Shown here piece after piece: positions 34,732 through 45,500 of a stretch of DNA of 64,000 nt (positions are counted from its first letter, which is position 1; every line of letters starts with the position of its first letter). Below the pieces are notes generated by a model. The model worked only from the letters and a program-made list of their open reading frames with translations, was not told the origin of the DNA and searched no databases. The stretch is from Macrostomum hystrix (lineage: Eukaryota; Animalia; Platyhelminthes), in contig CATNEN010000014.1 in assembly GCA_950097015.1 (NCBI GenBank), positions 744,001 through 808,000 on the forward strand. The letters run 5' to 3'. The translations under genes and the position numbers were made by a program.

Positions 34732-36530
34732 ATGCAAGGGATGGAGGGATGAGACTCAGCGGCAGAAAGCTGCGTAAAGACAATCATTCCGAACAAGTTT
34801 TGGACAAATCGAGATGAGACATTAAGAAACTTGAGCATGTCCTTAAAGTCCGCTCGCACCGGCGGGACACAACGCCTGTGAGGTATGAGTCAGTCCAGGC
34901 CCACGGGCTAAGGTCTGCGATGCCTCACACCTGCGCAGTCGCTTTTTGAGCAGGCTTGGCAGGAAGCATCCCTGTGCCTTCGGGTACAGGAATCCCTCCA
35001 CGCTGTCCCGTCAGCTGATCCATATGGGTACACGTCCCACGAGTGTTCAATTAAAACTCGTTCGCCACAAATGGAAAACAACTATTCTAATAGATCTTGA
35101 TGTAACTATTATTCGCCACTAATTGTTTCAAGCAGCTTTGTTACTTATAACTTGGTCTGGTCGTTCAAAAAATCAACTTCGGCTTATAACGGGTTTATGA
35201 GCGGTTTATAAGCCCCTACGATAAGAAATTTATACGAAAGCTTTCGCCGTTTTAAAATTCTGGTAGAACACAACTATATACATATAAAACATATTTTTTA
35301 TCAATTTCTGTTGCAAGATAAATTTTCTGGGCAAGCAAAATGTGTATATTTTAACAACAAATCATACTTTCTTTTCGCCAATGACCAAAACAGTAGTCGA
35401 TAGTTTCGCCGTTTTAAAAATATGAAAAAGCGAGGCTTAATTGACGGATTTTTATTGCATTCACTTTTTCGCCAGCTTTTATTATCATATTTCTGAACAT
35501 TTTGTAATGTAGGCAATAACGAGCTTCATCGGCAGCAATTTGTTTTTGAAATTCCGGAAAGACTAAAGATAAATCTGTTAAAAACAGCTGTAAATTTTTC
35601 ATTCAACTTGATAACAAATTAATTTCTGCGCATTTTAATTATAAAACAAAAAAAATTCTTGCATTCTTGTATAACACTTGTTTTAGTTGTGTTGCCATGA
35701 CGCAAAGCATGACCACGATTTCCAGTTTGGTTTGACTTAAAGATTTATAAAATATAATTACCTGAATTATTTAGTTCGTTTTAATTATTATTTTCTCCTA
35801 TGTATGCATGTAATAAACTGGATGTAATGAAATATAAATGTTATTAAATTGATAATGTCACATGTTAACTGTGAAAGCAGTTTGTCAATTTAAAACGTAC
35901 TAATACCTTATATCATGTCTATTATACGAATATCGTAATTCTAATAAGAATGGTTTGTTTGATTCCTTGATGATTCTTTATATAAATATAGTCGTGTATT
36001 ATAATTTAAACGGGCTTACTTAAACTCGTAGTTGCAATTCTTGCGCGGCAAAAAGTTGTTGTATAATTGGCTAGTCTCGATTGCAGTAATAGTCCAGTAG
36101 GCCAATTTTATAAGAAATGTGCATTATTAAGTAGTAAAATACCGATTGTTAGTTGTCATATTATTATGCAGATTTTTTATAAATTATTCATTTTGTTGAT
36201 TGTAGTGGCTGTCTAGTTGTTTCAGAATATTTACAACTGTATTTACCATATTGCCATGTTGTTTTTGGCCCCGTCTTATTAAAAAAGGATAACATATGCC
36301 AATTGTTGCTAATGCTAATTGGCCATGAGCGACTAAATTATATTAACAGTATAATACAGGAAACATGTAATACTTTTCTCTGGTTAAGCGATAAATTTTT
36401 ATTATCATTTTCACTTTTAGTTCACTTCATAAAAATACTCTAGTGGAAATTTAGCCAGACCAAAAATAAAAAAAAACTTTAAAAAGATCGCATTTTTTCC
36501 TTTCTCACTGCTCTAAGTTAATTGGCTTCA

Positions 36531-36878
36531 CTATTCATCAACAGATTCATTAACTGATTCATCAACAGAATTATCAACTGATTCATCAACAGATTCATTA
36601 ACTAATTCATCAACAGATTCATTAACTAATTCATCAACAGATTCATCAACTGATTCATCAACAGATTCATCAACAGATTCATTAACTAATTCATCAACAG
36701 ATTCATCAACAGATTCATCAACTGATTCATCAACAGATTCATCAACAGATTCATTAACTAATTCATCAACAGAATTATCATCTGATTCATCAAAAGATTC
36801 ATCAACAGATTCATCAACAGATTCATCAACTAATTCATCAACTAATTCATCAACTGATTCATCAACTGATGTACTCAT
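36531..36878 (-). repeat. 12-bp minisatellite (ttcatcaacaga); on the minus strand an open acidic (S/L)V(D/N)E-repeat ORF
   Basis: About 28 units; ATG at 36878. Confidence 0.85.
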
Positions 36879-36934
36879 CTAATCTACTCCACTCTACTCT
36901 ATTAGCAGATCTAATCTACTCATTCCTTCCCTTC

Positions 36935-39900
36935 TCATTTTTCTTTAGCAATTTTCTCCATCTCTTGTGGATGTGCTCTGTCATTGCCAGCCTTCACAGC
37001 TGATGCAACTCCACCGGCTACACCTCCTGCAGCACCAAGAGCACCTGCGATGATGGGGATGAGTGTTAGCAAAGGAAGAATCCCGCCTGTCTTCTCATCA
37101 GTGTTATTGTTGACTTATATTTGCATGGCCTCTGGCCTGCAAATCGGTTGCCTCCGTCCGGCAGTGTAAGGGCCACGGGTCAACGGGTGTCGCCGGCCTT
37201 TTGGCAAGTGCGGCAGCTAATATGGCGACCCACCGCGGTCGGCGCAATCCTGGAGCTTCCGAGCGTCGGCGGCGCAGATACAACGCTAGGCGCAAGGAGC
37301 TTCGATTCCTCGCTCGTCGAGCTCGCCGAGACCGCAAGGCCTCGCGGCATCCCCAGCCGGAGGTCAGGGCCAGGTCAACTCGATCCTACCAGGCCCATAA
37401 TCGGAATTCACGCAATCGCGATTTAAGTGAAAGAGCACCAAGGAGTAGCACTCAATTCGCCTCTGTCACCAGGGCTCCTCAAAAAGATGGTGGCCGCATG
37501 CCTAAGCGCATGCGCCTCGGCACCTTCAACGCCAGAACGCTGAAAGACTCCTGGAGGGTCGCCGAACTCTGCGCACTCGCGACGGCGCTCAGCATCGCAG
37601 TTCTCGCTGTGCAGGAGCACCGCCGAGTCAACATCGAGGAAACTGATGTCGGAGCAGGATGGCAGTTCAGGGCCTCTCCAGCCAACCGCCATGGAGGAGG
37701 GGGAATCGGTTTCCTCCTGTCTCCCGCTGCTGTCACCGCCCTTCTCGATATCAGCTTTATCAACGACCGCATAGGCCGCGCGACCTTTGCCTTGAAAGAC
37801 CGCCGGCTGAACCTTATCTGCGTTTACGCACCGACCAGTCCGCAAACGAGCGAAGACAGCGAGGCCACCGCCGAACTCTATAGAACTCTGAGACAGATCT
37901 GCAGCTCTCTACCCGCCCGCGACGCTCTCCTTATCATGGGAGATTTCAACGCTCCCCTCGCGGTCGATGGTGAGCTGGTCAAGAACCGATGTGGAAATCC
38001 AAACGCCAATTCTCCATTTCTTACTGACTTCATCTCATCGGAGGAGCTGATCCCTCTTAACGGTTATTTTAGGCAGCGCGCTACTAAACTGCCCACTTTT
38101 TATGGTACCAACGGGCGTGTCACCCGCCTTGACTGGCTGCTCTGCCCGAAGAACAAGAAGCACATGGTCAGGAAGGTGATCAACTTTCGGCCCAAATGTA
38201 TTCCGTCTGACCACTCTTTGGTTGCCTGCGACGTCGACATCCGTTGGTACACCTACAAAAAGCAGCCCCCCTTTCCTCTCTGGGCCGACCTCCGCAACCC
38301 CGCCACAAGGACAAATTTCATTCAAAGCTTTATGAACTCCGACCCACGCCCTGATGAATCCGCTGACGCCTTTGCCACCGCCGTCGCTTCTGCCGCCGCG
38401 ACGCTGCCGAAGCGCTCCCCTCATCGGCCAAAGGCGCTTTGGGACTCCGATCCTCACGTGGAGCTGGCGAGGAGGAGGCTGCAAAAAAACGTCGCCCGTT
38501 TCGGACAGGACAGCCCTGCTGCCGACAACGCGCGTAACAATCTCACCCGCACCTACTCGGATCGCACGAGACTTTTCGTTGAGGAGGCTGTCTCGGAAAT
38601 CAGGGATGCAGTTGACAACTGCAGACACAGAGCTGCTTGGAGAGCCATAAACAATCTAACCGGCCGGAAACCAAGGCAGTGCACTGTTGTTGGCGCCGAC
38701 TAGGTCGAGGACAGAAAGGCTAAGCTTGTAGAGCACTATCGGCGTGTTCTCAACGCACCTGTCCCAACTGCGGTGCTTCTCCCTGTCCCTGGCTTCACCC
38801 CTGCTCGCAGAGAGGATTTCAATATCGGTCCTATCACGCCCTCCGAGGTTCGCAACACGCTTAAAAGCATGAAGCCTGATGCTGCGCCTGGTGTCGATGG
38901 GGTCCCTCCCAGGGTCCTCAGACTTCCAGAGCTTACTTCGGTAATCACCACGCTCCTCAACAAATATTCCGTTCTTGGAGGCGACGCCGGCGCCGAGGCT
39001 CCCTGCATCTGGCGCACCTCTAAGATTGTCTCAATTCCAAAGAAGGGCCTGTCCACCTGCCTGGACAACCAGAGGGGCATCGCTCTGGAGTGTACCCTGC
39101 CAAAACTCCTCAATTCGATCCTGAGGAACAGACTGCTGCCGATCATCAACCCGCTTCTGCTGGGCGCTCAGAGTGGATTCCGCCCTGGCAGATCTACTGT
39201 TGAGCAAATAGCCACCGTCCGCTGCATCATCGAGTCCTGCGTAACGCGGCAAAAGTCGGTGACCATCGTGTTCGTCGACTTTCGCAAAGCCTTTGACTCG
39301 GTCAGTCGAGCTGCCATCGAGTGGCTCCTCTCTTACTACGGTGTTCCACCAACTCTAGTGACGGCAATCATGGACCTCTACTCCGACACCCGCGCTTTTG
39401 TCGAGATGAGAAAGGATGTCACCGAGACCTTCACTACCAGCTCCGGCGTTCTCCAAGGAGATACCCTAGCCCCTTTCATATTCATCATTATCATTGATTA
39501 TGTCCTTCGCCGTTCCCTCTCTGAAGACGAAGCCTATGTTGTTGTCCGCCGCCGCAGCTCGCGTCACCCTGAGACCACGCTGGCTGCCCTCGCTTTTGCC
39601 GACGACATCGCCCTGGTGTGCAGAGACCCTTCGGCCGCTCAGTCAGCGCTCAACAGAATCTGCGAGGAAGGTGCCAGAGTCGGCCTCGAAGTGAACGCTC
39701 GCAAGACCGAGGTGCTCCACGTCGGCATCAGCGACCCGGCTCCTCTTACCCTTGCTAACGGTGACGAAATCTCTGTCTGCTCGGATTTTCGGTACCTCGG
39801 CTCGCTGGTGGTCTCTCCGGAGGACATCGTCGCCGATCGTCGTGCGCAAGCCTGGACAGCTGCTCGACAGCTGAGCCCCATCTTCTGCTCGCCCGTGCCT

Positions 39901-40529
39901 GACCAACTCAAAATCCGGATTTTTCGTGCTGCCGTAGAGCCGATATTCCTTTATGGCTTGGAGGCTCTCCCAATCACGGAATCTCGCAAGCGGGCTCTCG
40001 ACGCCACTTTCAGAGCCTTTCCTGCGTTTCGCTCTGGACGTACGCTACCCCGAAAGGCTGTCAAACCGTGCGCTCGCTGCTCGCTCCTGCGTCCCGCCGG
40101 TGAGCTCCATACTCAGGGCGCGGAGACAGCGGCTTCTCGGCCACGTGCTACGCAGCTACGGACGCGGAGAAACCAACCCCCTTGCGATCGTTGTGCTAAA
40201 TCCGCCAAGCGATCCTTTTCGACGCGGACATGCGCGCACTGAAACTCTCTTAAAGACCTTCACTAATGACCTACAGGCCATCAACCTCACTCCGCTTGAG
40301 GCTACTTCCTGCCCCTCTGAGCTTTTTCGCGAGCGTGTGAGCGCTAAGGGTCTCTGACTTTTCAGCGTCTTAATAATAATAAATAAAGTGTTATTGTGTG
40401 TTTGATTGTTACAAAGGATTTGATATTGAATTGGATCTACTTTCACTGTCGTTCCTTTATTTTGCACAACACGGGTTTCTTAGAGTCGATAATTCTGTTG
40501 ATTTTATTTACTGTTTTGGTTTCAATCAT
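36935..40529 (-). pseudogene. Small Gly/Ala-rich Polinton/adintovirus-type gene interrupted by the RTE (parts ~40398-40529 and 36935-37110)
   Basis: Removing the RTE plus one TSD restores the frame: QTHNNT|DEKTGGILPLLTLIPIIAGALGAAGGVAGGVASAVKAGND. The family call is from remembered similarity. Confidence 0.6.
37111..40386 (+). mobile_element. RTE-like LINE (APE-RT), 3276 bp, apparently full length
   Basis: 11-bp TSD agtgttattgt at 37100-37110 and 40387-40397; (TAA)n tail; GTFNARTL, VQEHR, GDFN, SDH, NQRGIAL, GVLQGDTLAP, FADD; TAG at 38701 and a frameshift near 40020. Confidence 0.92.
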
Positions 40530-40718
40530 TCTATTTAAACAATTTTAACGAATTTCTGAATCATGTGGAATCACTGTCTTTTTCTATGTTATAGCTAAAT
40601 AGCTAAAAAATCTATGTTATCTGTTTACGAGTTGAAGGGGGAAACAGGAGGGTTGGGAAGGGGCGGGTGGGGAAGGGGGTAGGAGATTGGGGTCAGGGGG
40701 GCCTGTACATTCCAGGAA

Positions 40719-41275
40719 ATGTACAGGCTTGGATGTTCAAGCATTGCGGAAGAGTATATAATGCCTTACATCTGCCTGGCAGAAGATTTTCCCGTCACCG
40801 ATGGAGCCAACGGACTACCACTGAAATCAAGCTTGTTTAGCGACCTACTGTCTGAAGGCAAGGCTTCGACTCTCAGTCAGCTGTTGAATCTCACGTCGAG
40901 AATCAAGAACTGGGCTGAGGATTTCAGCAAGACCGAGTCGGCGCCTGAAGCCAAGGCTTCGAGTCTGTTGGATGCGGTGCAGGATCTTTTGGAGGAGGCA
41001 AAAAGGCTAACGGAAAATCGTACCGTAGGTTTTGCCTTGAAGCAGCTGAAGTTAAGCAGGAAGCCTTTGCGTTCCAGGAGGTACTCCGAGGATCTCGTTG
41101 TGTTCTCCTACCTGATCTACTCCACTTCAGCATACAAGAACATGCTTGATCAAGATTCCATCTGATCGCACGCTGAGGTCCATCACTGCTCGAGTTGGAT
41201 CTTCAAGCGGCCTGGATATCGAGGGCTACCTTGCTCTGAGAGCTTCTAAGCTGTCTCAGCCGGAGATTGCTATAT
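40719..41275 (+). pseudogene. P-element/THAP9-like transposase N-terminal fragment
   Basis: RRYSEDLVVFSYLIY.STSAYKNM and IPSDRTLRSIT, then GYL; truncated and frameshifted. Confidence 0.6.
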
Positions 41276-41379
41276 ATAGAAGTCCCTGCTTTAGTCCAGT
41301 CATTCGAGAAATTTCATTATTGAGTTGATTTATTACAGCTGGGAGCCGGTCTGCCCACTTGGTATAGTATTGGCCACTG

Positions 41380-41735
41380 TTTAGTTTCAGCTGTTCAGCT
41401 GTCTGCTTTGTGAAAAGTCTCTTTGCTAAAGTTAGATTGAATTTTTCAACAAAAGCCTGCAGTCTCTATGGAGCTCAGTTCTTCCGTAGCGTATTTTCGC
41501 ATTGTTCTTTTCCATCTAGCTTTTAACTGCCCCCATGAATTCTTTGCCGGGATCAGTCATAAAGGTTTGGGGTATGTGAGTGAGCGGAGAGTTTTTGTAA
41601 ATGTCTCGGAGGGCAGCTGCAACAGCTGCATCTGATTTCTTAGTCTTAAGTGGTCTCGCATCTTTGTATCTGGAGGCAATGTCTATAACTGTGAGCGCAT
41701 ACTTGTAGCCTGAGTCATTGGGGAGAAACAGCTAG
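41380..41735 (-). pseudogene. Polinton/Maverick relic 2: integrase core fragment
   Basis: LFLPNDSGYKYALTVIDIASRYKDARPLKTK, TDPGKEFMG, AFVEKFNLTLAKRLF; contains stops. Confidence 0.75.
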
Positions 41736-42587
41736 AAGGTTCAGAGCATTATCGAGTAGAGTCGCGTTGTTGTTCTTGTGTTGAGGTTATCGAGATTTTG
41801 TTAAGTGAGTTACCAGTGCGAATTGTGAATTGAATATTGAATTGAATCAAGTACAGTACCTGGCAGGGGAATTAATCGTTCATTGCTTTCTCTTGTTAAC
41901 TAATTAACACTTAAATATCAGCTGTTTAGCTTGGGCTTTTGAATCGTCTTGTCTTCGTTATTTTCGAGTTACGGCAATAGAGTCTCTCGCAAAGAGTAGG
42001 ACACCCGACCTCATTTAGGAATCTCAACGCAGAGACACCTAAGTCAAAATATCAGAAGCGCATACAATCTTTGCCTGAGCCGAGGCCGGACAACGTAATT
42101 TTGCGTCACATTGAAAGTTTCCATAACTGAAAAACTGAAAAAATACCATCAAAGGCCAGTTTTCATTCGAATATTTTATATTTGTTCAAAAGAAAGTCTT
42201 TGTTGTACTATATTTTTCAAAGTTTTGAGCATATTGCCGTGTTTTTGTTCACTACAACCGAGCGAACATTTCTATTCAACGTCCTTTGTCCTACAAAACA
42301 TTACAATTGCGACGAAAAGAAATTTCAAACGGAGAAAGAAAATACTTTGAAATGTTTACATTTCTACCGAGCAGAAAGTAGCATAAAATACCTACAACTA
42401 AAGTTTACTTGAGTGGGTCTCGTGATGTTTAAATTAAAAGAGAAATAATTGAGTCGTTTGTCATGCGTTTAAGTCATTCGAGAGGCGTTTTAGTCTGGAG
42501 AGAGGCATTTTAGTACTTCGAGAGGCATTTGAGTCATTGCATTGTTTGCAAAATTTAAAGGCTGCATTTTCAAACTAAGGCTGTGAC

Positions 42588-45500
42588 CTAGTAGACGGTG
42601 ACTGCGGCGGCTGCCAAGCTGGCCAGGCTTACCAGGATGGCGGCGGAAACTCCGCCAGTTCTCTGGCCGTCACTAAACGGTCCGGGCGGACCGCTGTCGA
42701 TGCTGCCACCGTTGCCGGCCAACTGGCAGTCGGGCGGGGCGAATCCTGGCGGACAGTGGCAGTGGCCGCGCGAGTTCACGGTGCCACCGTTTTGGCAGGT
42801 GACATTGCCAGCCACAGCGGCTCGGTTACGAATCTCCGAGGCGGATTGGCAAGTTCTGTTGAAGCACATTTGCTCGCCGGTACGGTTTCCGCAACGCGCA
42901 CCGTCTGGCACTCGATCGGGCGGCCCGGGTACCCGCGGATGGTAGCCGCAGATGGCAATGCCGCAAGGTTCTGGACCTGTCCCGGTTATATCCGGAACGC
43001 AGTTCGCCAAATTCTCAATCGGTTGCACAAAGGTGCCGCACGTTACCATATCACATTCCTTGCTTTTTATCGGGCACCAGGAACTCTGCAAGCAGTGGAG
43101 AAGTGTGATGTGTTGCTAAAAAGTGAACTAGACAGCGAATCGGAATCGCTCAGGAAGAGACGCAATAAATAGTGAGGTGAGCTTGACGGCTGACTTAAAA
43201 GGCAGTCAATATCGTTTTGCAGGAAAATAAGCAATTCAATCAAAGTGAATAAAAACGGTTAGTAGTTTTAAGAGTTTCCGAGAATGAGGGAATTCCTCTG
43301 ACTCACGGCATCCCGTGCCGTCGGTCCCCAGAGTAACTGACACTGAGTCTGGGCGGAGCCGCACAGACCGTTGGCGCAGAAGTTGCTGCCGCACGGTGTC
43401 CCGTCTCTGGCAGCGAAATCGGCAGGGCAGGTTGAGTTGACGCCGTTACAGAATTCCGGCAGGTCGCATTGTCCTTTGGCGGCGCGGCAAACGGTGCCAG
43501 TCGGGTGCGGCTGACAGACCGTCAAGTCGCAGCAGCGCCCCGCGGCGCAGGCAGCGGATTCGGCCAGCTTGCAGGAGGTGGCGTTGCAGCAGTCGTTGCC
43601 TCTGTGAAACGATTGGTCAGCAGATAACTAACGACTTGTTTGCTACCTCTGACACAAAGCTCGAGACTTTGGATCTTGTTAGTTTCGAAATAGATGAAAG
43701 AGTTGTAGAAAAAAGAATCGATATTGCACGAAATTCACTTGGCACTACCGAAGCTATTGCGCAGCGCTTCCAAATCATGTGTACAGCTGTTCAGTCCGTG
43801 GACTGAGTGCTGCCACTCCTACCGAAATTTCCACGCCAGCAGATGCTGCTAGTCAATTTACAGCTGGGTGAAATGACGCAATGAGGGAATTGATTTAAGC
43901 GTCTGGCTCAGAGACACAGGTTATTTTCTTCGGGCTGCGATTCGAACTCCCGAACTACTCACACGGATCAGTTGCCTTTCAATGTGCAGCAGTCACTTTT
44001 TGTAGGCACTCGTTTTTTAAAACACACACGACACGCAAAACTCCTAAAATAGCTCGTAGAAAGAATTGGCAGAGCACAAAATGAACAATTGCAAGAGGGC
44101 TGCGGGCAATGGCACATCATTTGGCGACAACAGACCTGCAGCCAGCGAGGAGACAATTCGGCCCATTTCGCTGACTCCTGAGCACACCTACTCACACAGG
44201 TGTGTACATCTGCAATCAATTTCTCATCATCAGGCAGTGTACACTGTCACTGTGCCTTGGAGGTTGGCCCCCAAAGGCGCAAATTGCACTACAAGCCCCA
44301 AGCCTAATCTCCGCGGCTGCGGCCCAAATGAATGAGGCCTCACCATGGAATCGAGCTCAGGGAGCTTGGTGCGAGAGGCAAGCGCTTTAGACCGCTCTGC
44401 CACTCACTCACCCCGCAAGTGGGATTCTACAACGTAATTAATAGGTGAAAGTAATTCTAACCTGAGTTGTTCGGCAGCCAAAGTGAAAAGTGAAGAATCC
44501 CAAGATTGGGTCAGATTCAAGAAGTCAAATCCCAGTTGACTGAGTACCCTGACCTACTCATCCCCTAGAACGCCATGACAACCAGCCTCGCCGCCGCAGT
44601 CGCAGTCCTCGCCGTCTTCCAGAAGGCCGTTGCCGCAAACCGCTGTTGGCCAATCCCAGGCTACTGGCAGGCGAAGCCCGCCCGGATAGTCAGCCTCTGG
44701 TCTCGGCCACAGCAGGCAGTGACGGACGCCGGAATCCAGGAAGTTCTTCAGGGCTTTCTTTGAGCATTCCGACCAGCCGATGTTGTGCCACTTGCTGCGA
44801 TTCAGCGTTTTGGGGTGCATCATGCAGTCCTCATTGGAGTCGTAACAATAGCAGGGGCCTTGGTATTTGTTATCGTAGTCGACGCCAAGGTTGTATGCCA
44901 GGTTCTGTGTCATTATCACCCCGGTGGTGTCGATGTAGCTGGACGAATGAGACTGGCGTGGGCAGTCGGAGATATTCGTAATATATTCAATAATTTTATG
45001 TGAACCCAGATTTGGGAGCCTGCGGAGCAGTGATTAGGGAGACTGGGAACAGAGATTAGGAAAACTGCGGAACAGAGATTAGGGAGACTGGGAACAGAGA
45101 TTAGGGAGACTGGGAACTGAGAGTAGGGAGACTGGGGAACCCAGTATAGGGAGGCTGGTGGGATAGATTTTGGGGAGGCTGTGGGATAAAGAATTGGGAG
45201 ACTGGAGATCCAGCGAGGAATTGAAAGAGAGGGTACTGGTCTCCCAATTCATTTTAATGTAGGGATTAGTGTCCTCTGCTGGAAGCCAGTTTGCTAGTTA
45301 CTTACGACGGTAAAACCACTGCACTCTCTCCATTTGCACATGCTATTCTTAGTGGCTGCGCGTCCGTAGCTGTTGGTGTTGTCCCTTTTGCCTCTAAAAT
45401 TTGAGTAGATAAAGGTTTTTCTATAATTTTTGTCAATGCAGACGTAATTTTTTTCCGACAGAAGTGTCTAGTAGATGGGAGTCTACTCGAGATGAATGAG

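Larger units (their letters stand above)
27190..35550. repeat. Segmental duplication, copy A (paralog of ~46260-51688)
   Basis: Collinear unique sequence and the same four minisatellites (20, 32, 14 and 19 bp units); roughly 94-99% identical by eye; copy A has extra inserts. Confidence 0.95.

Noticed and set aside
41900-42440. Possible TTAA-flanked DNA transposon 3' of the ADAM gene
   Set aside because: Candidate termini match only loosely; no convincing TIR pair
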